From positions 1 to 64,000 of the forward strand of contig DASPSR010000065.1 of the NCBI GenBank assembly GCA_035623825.1: DNA of 64,000 nucleotides. Direction: 5' to 3'. This document shows positions 9,843 through 20,160 of this stretch, in pieces. The notes under the pieces were generated by a model. That model was given only the letters and a program-made list of their open reading frames with translations. It was not told the origin of the DNA and did not search any database. Origin of the DNA: Nitrospirota bacterium (GTDB taxonomy: Bacteria > Nitrospirota > UBA9217). The translations under genes and the position numbers were made by a program. Each line of letters begins with the position of its first letter. Position 1 is the stretch's first letter.

Positions 9843-10237
9843 TCTCGCACCTCCTTTCCCAGTGACATCTATAGCTTATTTTGCGATTGCTTTACTGTCA
9901 AAATGGTGACTTCAGGGGACGGTACATCCGAACAAATTCTTACATTATGAATGAGCAGGCGTCCGCCAAAACGTTTTCGACTTTGGCCTTTCTGCCAGTT
10001 CCCCAGTAACTCGTCATTAGAATCACGGAGCATAGAAGCATTCTGCAATTCTCTGCTTCTTATGCAGACTTTGTGCTATTTTCTGTCTATCAAGATTCCA
10101 GCAACATCAATTAATATGATAACGGTAATTATAGCATGTGCGCAAGCCTGATCGAATAACAATCAAGCCGGGATTGTCCATGACGATACTCTTTTGATCG
10201 TTCTTCGGAGATGCTCAACAGAGATATTTATGACAGG

Positions 10238-10534
10238 CTACTCTTTCAGAGTATCGGGCACGGCATCCTTCAGCATGGTGATATGCTCCCTTGCAATGGC
10301 GAGCTCGTGTTCACTGTAGGCGTAGGCGAGATCGGCGGAAAGCACCTGGGGCATGCCCTGGATGAGCTTCAGCTTGCGCATCTCCTCGCTGATGTCCTCG
10401 CCCTCGATGGTCACGACGACCCTTCCGGTCGCATCATGAAAATGGACCTCGCAGAAACCCGCAGAACGAAGGTTTTCGATTACCGATTGTACGTGTTCGG
10501 GCAAGGTCTTTACCACTATGCTGGATACGTTCAT
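10238..10534 (-). CDS. napD: Nitrate reductase chaperone NapD
   Basis: MNVSSIVV...EVH...GRVVVTIEG...VLSADLAYAY; downstream of napAB. Confidence 0.9.
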   Translation of the reverse strand: MNVSSIVVKTLPEHVQSVIENLRSAGFCEVHFHDATGRVVVTIEGEDISEEMRKLKLIQGMPQVLSADLAYAYSEHELAIAREHITMLKDAVPDTLKE

Positions 10535-10552
10535 GGCGCGCTCCTCCGTAAA

Positions 10553-11113
10553 TCATTCAGCAGAGACGCCTTCATTCAGCGTGTCGATCAGATTTGACCG
10601 GCTCTTGCTCTCGTTGCCTTTGAACCCGCCCTTGAAGGTGTTTTTCACCGGGGGCGCGATCTCGACCTGCGGAACATGGCATTCCATGCAGTTATAGCGC
10701 TCGTTGTCGAGCTTCCCGTGCAGGTCCTCCCCCGTTGATAATTTTACGAGGTGAGACCTCGGGATCGGCGTGGCGCCGCTCCGTACTGCCTCGTCAGGCA
10801 TATGGCAGCCGACGCACTGGTTGCCGGCAATGGCGATCGGCAGCATTCCCGTGATGTCATGCGGGATCAGCGGCGGGCTGTTCTCGAAGGCCCGTTCAAA
10901 CTTTTTGCTCGATCCAGGCGCCGCCGTCGAGTATTCGCCGTGTTCCGGCTTGACCGTCTCTTCATTATAGATGGTCTCTTTTCTGATCCCGAGGTCCTCT
11001 TCCGGTATCTCCTTGCCGGTTGCCTGCTGGGCCATCACACCTTCCAGACCAGGTGCCAGCATGAGTGCCAGCCCTGCTGCAAGCGCCCATGTCCTACTCG
11101 TCATGCCGAACAT
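10553..11113 (-). CDS. napB: Diheme cytochrome c NapB
   Basis: Signal peptide; ERAFENSPPLIPH, CVGCH, RYNCMECHVPQ. Confidence 0.93.
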   Translation of the reverse strand: MFGMTSRTWALAAGLALMLAPGLEGVMAQQATGKEIPEEDLGIRKETIYNEETVKPEHGEYSTAAPGSSKKFERAFENSPPLIPHDITGMLPIAIAGNQCVGCHMPDEAVRSGATPIPRSHLVKLSTGEDLHGKLDNERYNCMECHVPQVEIAPPVKNTFKGGFKGNESKSRSNLIDTLNEGVSAE

Positions 11114-11127
11114 GTCCCCTCCTCCTG

Positions 11128-11219
11128 TCAGTCGCTTTTGACGGCATATCTGTTTCCGAACTCCATTGCGCGCTCATGACACGCCTCAACTCCTGAGCAT
11201 CCCCCCGGCGGTTTGACAT
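11128..11219 (-). pseudogene. Probable napG/napH deletion remnant
   Basis: ATG 4 nt after the napA stop reads MSNRRG (twin-Arg start); another frame reads ...VEACHERAMEFGNRYAVKSD* and ends just before the napB RBS, resembling a ferredoxin-type NapH C-terminus. Confidence 0.5.
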
Positions 11220-11223
11220 GGTT

Positions 11224-13998
11224 CTACACCTTATAAATCTTCACGGCGCACTTTTTGTAATCTGTCTCCTTCGAGATGGGACAGGTCGCGTCAAGTGTGA
11301 CCTTGTTGATGAACACCTTCTCGTCGAACCATGGCACGAACACGAGCCCCCGCGGCGGATTGTTCCTCCCCCGTGTATCGACCCGCGCCTTTATCTTGCC
11401 CCGCCGCGATTCGATCCAGATAAGCTCGCCATCCTTCACCTCGTATGTTTTCGCATCATTCGGGTTCATGAAGCAGAGGGCTTCAGGCACTGCTCGGTAG
11501 AGCTCAGGCACACGCATGGTCATGGTGCCGCTGTGCCAGTGCTCGAGCACCCTGCCGGTGCAGAGCCAGACGGGGTATTCCTTGTCCGGTACTTCCGGTG
11601 GCTCCATGTAATGCCGCAAGAATATCTTTGCCTTGTTCGGAAGCTTTATCTTGTCCCCGGGCTTCGGCCCCAAGAGGTCGCCTTGGGGGAGTTCCTTGAA
11701 GGCGGTGCCGTAGAATGCGAAATCTCCGTAATTGGCTGCCTTGGCATAGGGATCGTATCTGGCGTTGAACCTCCACAAGGTCTCTTTCCCGTCCACCACC
11801 GGCCATCGCAGTCCCCGCACCTTGTGATAAGTCTCGAAGTCAGCAAGGTCATGGCCGCCACCGAGGCCGAACTTTCGGTATTCCTCCCAGAGGTACTTCT
11901 GGAGGAAGAACCCGTACCCCTTGAAACCTTCCACCCTGCGCTTGTCGCCCGCCGCCTCGGTGTTCGGGAATCCCTTGCCGACGAGGTCCGGCCACTCGTA
12001 GGTCTTCGCCTCCTTGTTCGCGAAAAGGACATCGAAGAGGGTTTCGTTCTCCCCGTATCCCATCTCTTTTGCCTTTGCCACCACGTTCGGCAGCGTCACC
12101 TTGTCGTTGATCTTCTGCTCCTTCCATACATCGGCCACGGTGATCCGCTTCGAGAACTCGACGATCTGCCACGTGTCGGACATCGCCTTCCCCATGGGCG
12201 TTATCTGCTGCTTCCAGTGCTGGGTTCTCCGCTCGGCGTTCCCGTAGGCTCCCCACTTCTCGAAGATCATGGCGCTTGGCAGGATTAAGTCTGCCACCTT
12301 CGCCGAAATACCGGGATAAGCCTCAGAGACAACGATGAAATTGTCCATTTCACGCGCCGCCTTGATCCAATGATTGGCGTTCGCGGTGTTCTGCCAGGGA
12401 TTGTTCACCTGGACCCAAACCCACTTGATCTTCCCGTCCTCCAGGTCCCGCATGATCTTCACGAAGTGCGATCCGGGCACGGGGTTGATTGTCCCTTCGG
12501 GCAGTTTCCATATCTTCTCAGTGGCCTCCCGGTGCTTGGGGTTCGCCACGACCATGTCCGCCGGAAGCCGGTGCGAGAAGGTCCCCACTTCCCTCGCTGT
12601 GCCGCAGGCGCTTGGCTGGCCCGTGAGGCTGAAGGCGCCGTTTCCCGGCTGCGACTGTTTGCCGAGGAGGAGGTGGATCATGTAGATCTGCTCGTTCACC
12701 CAGGTCCCGCGTGTATGCTGGTTGAATCCCATGGTCCAGAAGCTGACCACCTTGCGGTCCTTCTCAATGTAGAGGTCAGCAAGCGCCTTAAGCTTCTTCT
12801 TGAATATTTCCAGCGGTTCATCGGCATCCCCCCTGGACAGCTCCGCGACAAAGTCGAGCGTGTAGGGCGCCAGTCCTCTCTTGAAGTCCTCGAAACTGAT
12901 GAGCCAGTGCGCATCGGCCTCAGCGGCGTGCTTCATCTCAAGCTTGTCTCCGGGCTTGACGTTCAGGAATCCCAGTGCCGAGGCCTCGCCCGATGTCAGG
13001 ACCTTGGCCGCCTCCTTGGACGCCGTGTCAAGCTCCGTCGGCTTGTATTTCCCGTGACCAACGTTGTCCCGGAGACCGTACCCGATGTCCGCATAGCCTG
13101 TAGCGAACACGCAGTACTTGTTCACGAAATCCCCGTTGAGGGCGCCGGGACGGTCGTACACGATCTCACGGGCGATGTAGTTCATGACGGCCAGGTCGGT
13201 GTTCGGTTTGATGATGATTTCCAGGTCTGAGAGGTTCGAGCATCGGTTGGTGTACGTCGAGATATTTACGACCTTGACGGTCTCGGGGCTGCTCAGCTTT
13301 CGGTCCGTGACCTTCGACCAGAGCACCGGATGCATCTCGGACATGTTCGCGCCCCAGAGTACGACCGTGTCCGAGTAATGCATATCGTCGTAGTTGCCCG
13401 CGGGCTCGTCGATGCCGAAGGTCTGCATGAATCCGGCGACGGCGCTCGCCATGCAGTGCCGCGCATTGGGATCGAGGTTATTGCTGCGGAGGCCGCCCTT
13501 CATGAACTTCGCCATCGCATACCCTTCCATGATCGTATACTGGCCTGAGCCGAAAACGGCGACGCTCGTGGGCCCCGTCTGAGAGTAGTATTTCTTGAAC
13601 TGACGCTCCATTTCGTCGAAGGCCTTATTCCACGTAACGGGCCTGAACTTCCCGTTCTTGTCGAACTCGCCTTTCTCACTGACCCTCATGAGCGGCTCCG
13701 TGAGCCGGTCGGCACCGTAGATGATCTTCGCGTTGAAGTATCCCTTGATGCAGTTGAGGCCCATGTTCACCGGCGCGGCCGGGTCTCCCTTCACAGCTAT
13801 GATACGGTCGTCCTTGGTCGCAACCATGATGCCACAGCCCGTTCCGCAGAACCGGCAGACCGCCTTGTCCCATTTCCAGCCGGATTCCGCCTGTTGCGCC
13901 ACCGCCAGCAGGTCCTGAGGAACGGTCATCCCGACGGCCGTTGCGGCAGCAACAGCCGCCGTTGTTTTCATGAACTCTCTCCGTGTCAGAAGTGACAT
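11224..13998 (-). CDS. napA: Periplasmic nitrate reductase catalytic subunit NapA (long, Campylobacterota-like form)
   Basis: TRREFMK Tat signal; CRFCGTGCG...C [4Fe-4S] motif; NARHCMASA; [13 protein letters not shown]; [10 protein letters not shown]; 924 aa. Confidence 0.97.
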   Translation of the reverse strand: MSLLTRREFMKTTAAVAAATAVGMTVPQDLLAVAQQAESGWKWDKAVCRFCGTGCGIMVATKDDRIIAVKGDPAAPVNMGLNCIKGYFNAKIIYGADRLTEPLMRVSEKGEFDKNGKFRPVTWNKAFDEMERQFKKYYSQTGPTSVAVFGSGQYTIMEGYAMAKFMKGGLRSNNLDPNARHCMASAVAGFMQTFGIDEPAGNYDDMHYSDTVVLWGANMSEMHPVLWSKVTDRKLSSPETVKVVNISTYTNRCSNLSDLEIIIKPNTDLAVMNYIAREIVYDRPGALNGDFVNKYCVFATGYADIGYGLRDNVGHGKYKPTELDTASKEAAKVLTSGEASALGFLNVKPGDKLEMKHAAEADAHWLISFEDFKRGLAPYTLDFVAELSRGDADEPLEIFKKKLKALADLYIEKDRKVVSFWTMGFNQHTRGTWVNEQIYMIHLLLGKQSQPGNGAFSLTGQPSACGTAREVGTFSHRLPADMVVANPKHREATEKIWKLPEGTINPVPGSHFVKIMRDLEDGKIKWVWVQVNNPWQNTANANHWIKAAREMDNFIVVSEAYPGISAKVADLILPSAMIFEKWGAYGNAERRTQHWKQQITPMGKAMSDTWQIVEFSKRITVADVWKEQKINDKVTLPNVVAKAKEMGYGENETLFDVLFANKEAKTYEWPDLVGKGFPNTEAAGDKRRVEGFKGYGFFLQKYLWEEYRKFGLGGGHDLADFETYHKVRGLRWPVVDGKETLWRFNARYDPYAKAANYGDFAFYGTAFKELPQGDLLGPKPGDKIKLPNKAKIFLRHYMEPPEVPDKEYPVWLCTGRVLEHWHSGTMTMRVPELYRAVPEALCFMNPNDAKTYEVKDGELIWIESRRGKIKARVDTRGRNNPPRGLVFVPWFDEKVFINKVTLDATCPISKETDYKKCAVKIYKV

Positions 13999-14612
13999 AG
14001 CTGCCCCCTTATCCTTGAACTCCTTGGCTGTTCAGAATTTCCAAGCTCGTGATGATTGTCCGCTGCTGATGCATAAGTGACTGATCTGTTCCTGCCGTTT
14101 GGCGATTGTCACAGATCTTGCTTGTGGGAGGAGGGGGAAAATAGGGAACGGCTCCATGCTGCGCCGCTCTTCATTGCATGAAGAAAGTCTATCTGCAAAA
14201 GGTATGGCTGTCAAGGCACGGCGGAGGAAAGGCGTTCCTGAAAATTCGCTGGAAAACGAAAGACTTCCAGCTTGTCTTGTTTGTCATACTTTATTCGGCA
14301 ATCCTGCAGATCGACTGCTCCGGAAGAAGTGATTTTTGCAGCTCAATGTTTTAATCGATTCTTTCCGGATGGTCAGATACAATTGTGCCGCAGAGGCCGC
14401 AGAATTGGAGTTTTTGGGACGTCTGACGAGTAACGGGTGGCTAGAATTCTTCAAGGATCCGGTGAAGGGGAACTCAAGCGGCTGAATGCGAAGCACGGAT
14501 CATCGGCGAATGGAACTCAAGGTGCCGCAGCAAATGAACAATAACTAGAACGATGCATGTAACGCTGGTCAAAAACAATGCGGTCGCCATATCACTCCGC
14601 GGTCATTCCTGT

Positions 14613-14921
14613 TCAGCTCTTCTGATCGTTGCTGAGCAGGTCCCAGACGAGGCAGGAACTGACCCGCACGCCGGACCGGGTGCTGCGCATGCGATGGAGC
14701 CAGCTGCCAACAAATTGTCCGCCGAAAAAGGCGGTGATCATGATGGGAAACGTGATGAACTGCCAGCCCAGGCCCGACAGTATCCGGATGGCGATCACGA
14801 GGGGCACCGGCGCGTGTATGGAGAGAAACCAGGCGAGTGAGAACTTCCTCACGTTCGCCCGCCAGTAGCCGAAGGGAAGGTTGAGAATAAAGACGATGAA
14901 TGCGACGGACAGAATATTCAT
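14613..14921 (-). CDS. Small conserved membrane protein
   Basis: Hydrophobic; NLPFGYWR...WFLSIHAPVP...AFFGGQFVG pattern; directly downstream of cooT. Confidence 0.7.
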   Translation of the reverse strand: MNILSVAFIVFILNLPFGYWRANVRKFSLAWFLSIHAPVPLVIAIRILSGLGWQFITFPIMITAFFGGQFVGSWLHRMRSTRSGVRVSSCLVWDLLSNDQKS

Positions 14922-14932
14922 ATGAGTGTTGA

Positions 14933-15121
14933 TCAGACTTGCTCCACGGTGAGACGGTTCTTGACGAGCGAGACCTCACGCAGTACGCCGTGGACCCTTT
15001 TTTCCTCTCCGAAGAGGTTACGGAGTATCACTTCCTCACCCTCGGCGCGCACAAGATTGACCGAGTCGAGCAGCAACTCCTCCTTTCCGTTCTTTTTTAC
15101 AAAAGCCTTGAGATCACACAC
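14933..15121 (-). CDS. cooT: CooT-family nickel-binding protein
   Basis: GTG start after AAGGAG; MCDLKAFV...EELLLDSV...LRNLFGEEKRV.G.L.EVSL, with the Cys2 typical of CooT. Confidence 0.8.
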   Translation of the reverse strand: MCDLKAFVKKNGKEELLLDSVNLVRAEGEEVILRNLFGEEKRVHGVLREVSLVKNRLTVEQV

Positions 15122-15157
15122 CGTATGCTCCTTCACGCGGCACGGCGGAAAGCAGGA

Positions 15158-15190
15158 TAAAAAACCCGCCTTTTTTATCTGTCGGCGGGA
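15158..15190 (-). terminator. Intrinsic terminator-like hairpin
   Basis: Minus strand CCCGCC-gacagataaaaaa-GGCGGG followed by TTTTTT. Confidence 0.55.
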
Positions 15191-15211
15191 TGTTTTCTCA
15201 CAATCTTGCTC

Positions 15212-15385
15212 ATGCCGTTCGGCGTTTCCGGCAGGCGTTCTGAACCGGCCTTCTGCCCATTGCCGCGGCACTCGGCGAGATACGAGAGCGTGCCGCAGGG
15301 GTGTTTGGCCGCCCCGCTACCTCCAGCTTTCCGCTGCTTCTTGGATCTGCCTGCGTCCGACTTCATTTCCTACACCGGCACCTTT
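15212..15385 (-). ncRNA. Rod-like structured RNA of about 175 nt, possibly 6S RNA (SsrS)-like
   Basis: Nested pairings GTGCC/GGCAT, GGTGT/ACGCC, GCAGGC/GCCTGC, CGGCC/GGCCG and CTGCGGCAC/GTGCCGCGG; G-U pairs favour the minus strand; GGTTCA and ACGGCA motifs near the 3' end recall 6S RNAs; upstream TTGCTT-N17-TATATA promoter and downstream terminator. Confidence 0.45.
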
Positions 15386-15530
15386 TTAACTGTTATCACT
15401 TCTTGTTCATTTTATATAACACAACACCCCGAGGAAAGCAATAAAAAATGATCGTCTTGGCTTGTCCGCGCGCATCGGGGATAAGTACAATTGCCTGTTC
15501 AGGCTAGTAATGCATCTGAGCCGTCGGATT

Positions 15531-16757
15531 TCATCTCAGTGCGGCACTCAGGGACCCTATGATCGCGCCACCCGCTATCAGCCATGTCGAATTGATCTTG
15601 AAACGAACCAGCAAGCCGAGGGCGATCAGGGCTGTCAGGACCGTTATGAGGTCAGTCAGTGACGCCCGGCCCAGTTGCCACGTGACAGCCGCCATCAGCC
15701 CGAGCGAAGCTGCGTTTACTCCATCCAAGAATCCGCTCACCCAGGTTGAATTGCGTATCCTGGGTATCAGCGGATTGGAAACGGCGACGAAGACGAAGGA
15801 GGGGAGAAAAATGCCAAGCGTTGCCAGAAGAGCCCCCGGCACACCGGCAAGAATGTAGCCAATGAATGTGGCTGTCGTGAATACCGGCCCTGGCGTTACC
15901 TGGCCGATGGCAATCGCATCGATCAGCTGATGGTCCGTCAGCCAGCCGAAGCGAACAACGAAATCTGTGCGAAGGAACGCAAGGAGCACGTAACCGCTGC
16001 CGAAGAGGACCGCACCGATCTTGAGAAAAGTGAGAAAGAGCAGAGGCAGGCCGAATGGGGTGGCAGCCAGGGCGGTTGGCGCAATCATGCTCAAACCGGT
16101 CACCGACGGCACCAGGAATCCTCCTTGCACCTGCTTTCTCAGGTGCCGGAGGTTGGATGCTGCCATGACCAGCAACCCGCCCGCGAACAGCAAAAAGATC
16201 GCGTTGATGCCAAAAAAATACGAGATCAGGACTGCAAGCCCAGCAACGGCGGTGAGCGGACCCTTAACGGCCTTCTGCCCCAGGATCCAAAGCGCCTGCA
16301 TAATGATTGCAATTACCACGGGCTTGACGCCATACAAGACCCACATGGCCCGGGGTATGTTGCCGAAGCGCACATATATCCATGCCAGCCCCATCACGAT
16401 AAGCATGGCAGGCAGTATGAAACAGAGGCCGCCTAGGATCAGCCCGGGCCATCCCGCCCGCAGAAAGCCCACATGGATCGCCATCTCCGTCGAGTTCGGC
16501 CCGGGTATCAGATTCGTGGCCCCTACCAGATCAAGGAATTCCTGGTCGCTCAGCCATTTCCGCCGCTTTACCGTTTCATCGTGCATCATGGCGATATGCG
16601 CGGCGGGCCCGCCGAAGGCGGTGATACCCAGCTTGAGGTACAGCCTAGCCACCTCGGTTTGCCTCTGGGACAATAATCGGTTCATGTAGCGTTCTCTTGA
16701 ATACCCTTTGCCGTCACGCTGTGCCTTGTCCGGCCGGCCCTTGTCGGTACGTTGCAT
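15531..16757 (-). CDS. chrA: Chromate efflux transporter ChrA (long form; start uncertain)
   Basis: LGITAFGGPAAHIAM, NLIPGPNSTE, FGSGYVL, GQVTPGP. Confidence 0.93.
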   Translation of the reverse strand: MQRTDKGRPDKAQRDGKGYSRERYMNRLLSQRQTEVARLYLKLGITAFGGPAAHIAMMHDETVKRRKWLSDQEFLDLVGATNLIPGPNSTEMAIHVGFLRAGWPGLILGGLCFILPAMLIVMGLAWIYVRFGNIPRAMWVLYGVKPVVIAIIMQALWILGQKAVKGPLTAVAGLAVLISYFFGINAIFLLFAGGLLVMAASNLRHLRKQVQGGFLVPSVTGLSMIAPTALAATPFGLPLLFLTFLKIGAVLFGSGYVLLAFLRTDFVVRFGWLTDHQLIDAIAIGQVTPGPVFTTATFIGYILAGVPGALLATLGIFLPSFVFVAVSNPLIPRIRNSTWVSGFLDGVNAASLGLMAAVTWQLGRASLTDLITVLTALIALGLLVRFKINSTWLIAGGAIIGSLSAALR

Positions 16758-16768
16758 TAATCATAGCA

Positions 16769-17563
16769 CTATTTGCTGAGTTCCTCATGTGGCCCGAAGG
16801 TCCATTGATAACCCAGGTAGGCAGAGAATCTGTTGTCCCCGGCAATGTCGCGGCCTGCTGAGAAAAGGATGTGGTGTTCCATGTTCAGATCGAAGATGCC
16901 GCCGATATTGTAGCCGGTACGATCGCGCCCTTCTTCCGTATCCTTGCTGAAATAGAAGATTTCAGCTCCGATGGTGAGGGATTCGGTCATTTTGCGCTGC
17001 GCAAGCCAGCCGAGCTGCCAGTAGTCCTTGTTGCCTTCGCCGGGATTGATCCAATAACCGCCTCCGCCATAAGTCGTCCAGGGTCCCCAGCTCTTCTGCA
17101 CCCAGACTGGAAGGAACGCCGTGACATGGCCGCCTCCGAGGCCGCGGTCATCGTCGCCCGTAGGAAGATGAATGATGGGAAAGGTCCCCACCTGCGGTAT
17201 CGTCTCGCTCTCAGGTACGAAACGGTACTTGACCCCAACCTCGGTGTCGCCGAGGCCGTACGCGGTCGGACCTCCGTTCGGGTGGGCATAGGCGAGCGTA
17301 ACGAGCAGATGCAGTTGGACATCAGGCACGATTCCGTAGTTGGCCTCGAAATGGGGCAAGGTCCCCTCCTTCCCGTCCTTGTTGTTCGCATACTGGGAGG
17401 CAACGTAAAACTCCGTGTGATGGTATTCAACCGGCTCGGGGTCGTCTGTTATGAATGGCGGACCCGCCCATGCGGCTTGCGGTGCAACGGCTGCCAGGAA
17501 CAGCAGGGAAGCTGCAATCCTTGCGAGCAGCCGACAGGTGTGCCAAACATTTCTTTGTTGCAT
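16769..17563 (-). CDS. Outer-membrane beta-barrel 'transporter' family protein
   Basis: RBS CAGGAG before MQQRN; signal peptide ending AWA; GPPFITDDPEPV; GLGDTEVGVKYRF; near-terminal YQWTF. Confidence 0.75.
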   Translation of the reverse strand: MQQRNVWHTCRLLARIAASLLFLAAVAPQAAWAGPPFITDDPEPVEYHHTEFYVASQYANNKDGKEGTLPHFEANYGIVPDVQLHLLVTLAYAHPNGGPTAYGLGDTEVGVKYRFVPESETIPQVGTFPIIHLPTGDDDRGLGGGHVTAFLPVWVQKSWGPWTTYGGGGYWINPGEGNKDYWQLGWLAQRKMTESLTIGAEIFYFSKDTEEGRDRTGYNIGGIFDLNMEHHILFSAGRDIAGDNRFSAYLGYQWTFGPHEELSK

Positions 17564-17935
17564 GTCCCGCTCCTGTCTGGTCGGGTATTTGGCAGAAAAA
17601 GAGCAGATTAAAGATCCGGACAGAGGACCGATAAGGCGGCTATCACGAGAATGGCCGCACAAGGCGGCCATCAGAGAGAACGAATATGTTTTCGCGATAT
17701 ACGACCGCGACAGACGAAATTTTATACACTCGGTGTTCTCCCGTTCGGTATTCGGCAAAATCGGCGTGGCGGCTGGTCCATGGGCACTGACAAGGGGAGT
17801 CAAGAGGCTACTAAGTATTCGCCTCCCGACCTCTGCGCTCTTGCCGACCGTACAGCCTTCTTTTTTCCTTCCACCTGAGATGTTCTGACTCGCGATAGAG
17901 CCCAACCATGACGCGGGCTCTCTACCCCTCACTCG

Positions 17936-19858
17936 CTACTCGGCAACCCCATCGGATGGTACTTTCTTTGTCAAAGAAAAGTAAGCGTACCACGTATAGA
18001 ACATATCAGCGAGCGCAACGACAGCCAGCGCTGCCATGAGGAGCACCAGGAACGCGTCGACCTTGAATGTGATCGCTTCCGCAGCAGACCCGGCCTTCGC
18101 TGCCTTGTCCTGAAAGATGCCGATCAGTTGCGCCGAGGCTGTGAGGGTGGTCGTGAACATGAAAAGCATGGGGATGAGCGTGGTCCATGCATATCTGGCC
18201 TTTCCTGATTTTATGATCACCGTTGTGCCCACGCCGAAGGCGATGGCCGCAAGGAGCTGGTTCGACACGCCGAACATCGGCCAGATCGTGGAGATGCTTC
18301 CCGAGTGTATGAGGTACGCCCAGGCGGCGACGACAAGGAAACTCGTTGCGATGATGCCCGGCATCCACCGCTGCCGGCCGAGAGGTTTGTATACGCGGCT
18401 TCCGAGTTCTTGGAGCAGGAAGCGCGCCACTCGCGTGCCCGTGTCCACGGTGGTGAGGATGAAGAGCGCTTCGAACATGAGCGCGAAGTTGTACCAGTAG
18501 GCCATGAGTCCCTTCATGCCCGGGATGCCCGAAAGGATCGAGGCCATGCCCACGGCGAGCGAGACTGCGCCGCCGGGCCTGCCGACAACGTCTATGCCGA
18601 CCATGGAAGACAGTTCCGTCACGCGGTTCACGGGAAACCCCAGCCCCGCGAGCGCATCGAAGGAGAGTTTGGTGTTGATCGCGAAATAGTCGCCGGGGAG
18701 TAGCACCGTCGCCGCGATGAGGGCCATCATGGCAACAAAACCTTCGGTGAGCATGGCGCCGAACCCGATGACCGGGATGTCCCGTTCGGACATGATCATT
18801 TTCGGGGTCGTTCCGGATGATATGAGGGCGTGGAACCCCGATATCGCGCCGCAGGCAATGGTGATGAACATGAAGGGAAAGACCTTGCCCGGGATAACCG
18901 GCCCGCCGCCGTTCACGAACCGTGTGACGGCCGGCATCTGGATCACCGGAGCGATGAAGAGGACGCCGACGGCAAGCAGGAGAACCGTGCCGATCTTCAT
19001 GTAGGTAGAGAGGTAATCACGGGGACAAAGCAGCATCCAGACCGGAAGGACCGAGGCGATGAAGCCGTACAATGCGATGGATATCACGAGCTGGTTTTTC
19101 GTAAGATTAAAGAAAGGTTCAAGCACCGAGCCGGGGATGAACCGGCCGACGATGACCGCCGCGAGCAGCAGGACGAATCCGACGGCACTCACCTCGCTGA
19201 CCTTGCCGGGCCTGATGCGGTACAGGTAGAGCCCCATAAAGAGCGCGATCGGGATCGTGACCGCGATCGTGAAGGTTCCCCAGGGGCTCCTGGTGAGCGC
19301 GTTCACCACGGCGAGACCGAGACCGGCGAGCGCCACAATGATGATGAAGATGATAGCGAACGACGCAGCCAGGCCGCCGACGGGTCCGATCTCGTCCTTC
19401 GCGATCTGCGCGAGCGAACGGCCGCCCCTCCTGACCGACGCTGCGAGGATCACCATGTCATGGACCGCGCCGCCGAAGACCGATCCGATCAGGATCCAGA
19501 GGAAGCCCGGCAGGTATCCGAACTGCGCTGCGAGCATGGGTCCTATGAGCGGGCCCGCGCCGGCAATGGCGGCGAAGTGGTGGCCGAACAGGATCCAGCG
19601 GTTCGTCGGATGGTAATCCACCCCGTCCTTGAGGTCATGAGCCGGCGTTCTCAGAGCGGGATCGAGCGACAGTACCTTTGCCGCGAGGAACGACGCGTAG
19701 ATCCGGTAGGCGATGACGTAAAAACAGCCGGCAGCCACAATGATCCAAAGCGCGTTCACTTTCTCCGCAGGGTTGATGGCGCCCGATACAACAGCGATCG
19801 AGATAGCCGCCATCAGGGAGACGAATATCCAGATCAGTTTTTTCAGTGTGCCTTTCAT
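17936..19858 (-). CDS. cstA: Carbon starvation protein A (peptide/pyruvate transporter)
   Basis: GHHFAAIAGAGPLIGP, LLCPRDYLSTY, ITIACGAISGFH, IWPMFGVSNQLL. Confidence 0.95.
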   Translation of the reverse strand: MKGTLKKLIWIFVSLMAAISIAVVSGAINPAEKVNALWIIVAAGCFYVIAYRIYASFLAAKVLSLDPALRTPAHDLKDGVDYHPTNRWILFGHHFAAIAGAGPLIGPMLAAQFGYLPGFLWILIGSVFGGAVHDMVILAASVRRGGRSLAQIAKDEIGPVGGLAASFAIIFIIIVALAGLGLAVVNALTRSPWGTFTIAVTIPIALFMGLYLYRIRPGKVSEVSAVGFVLLLAAVIVGRFIPGSVLEPFFNLTKNQLVISIALYGFIASVLPVWMLLCPRDYLSTYMKIGTVLLLAVGVLFIAPVIQMPAVTRFVNGGGPVIPGKVFPFMFITIACGAISGFHALISSGTTPKMIMSERDIPVIGFGAMLTEGFVAMMALIAATVLLPGDYFAINTKLSFDALAGLGFPVNRVTELSSMVGIDVVGRPGGAVSLAVGMASILSGIPGMKGLMAYWYNFALMFEALFILTTVDTGTRVARFLLQELGSRVYKPLGRQRWMPGIIATSFLVVAAWAYLIHSGSISTIWPMFGVSNQLLAAIAFGVGTTVIIKSGKARYAWTTLIPMLFMFTTTLTASAQLIGIFQDKAAKAGSAAEAITFKVDAFLVLLMAALAVVALADMFYTWYAYFSLTKKVPSDGVAE

Positions 19859-20160
19859 GATCCCACCTCGCATCATCTGGTACGCTGTATGGAGCATGAT
19901 GTGTATCAATCACATTGTATGAAATAACGTTCACGATGTCAACCGTGCCGAACCATAGTATCCCCTTTCCCACAAGGCAAATCCGGCCATGTTTGAGCAC
20001 GCTCTTTCATGTTGTTTGCGAATCAACAAACACGTCTTTTTCTGTGCAGAAAACGATGATTTCGAACCAAGAATCATACGGTACGATGGATGCGCCGATA
20101 AGCTGTGCAATTGCGAGAGGAGCACGGCATGGGGGCGAGAGCGGAGATGTCAAGTTGCTT

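Noticed and set aside
9950-10085. Sigma54 promoter upstream of nrfH
   Set aside because: Candidates either lack the -24 GG (TAGCAC...CTGCA) or have the wrong GG-to-GC spacing
14032-14600. ORFs upstream of napA
   Set aside because: Short and motif-less; treated as intergenic
15390-15422. NikR operator (GTGTTA...TAACAG) upstream of the cooT leader
   Set aside because: The half-sites are 21 bp apart, longer than the roughly 13-16 bp expected
17564-17932. Long N-terminal extension of the beta-barrel ORF
   Set aside because: The RBS and signal peptide support a start at 17563
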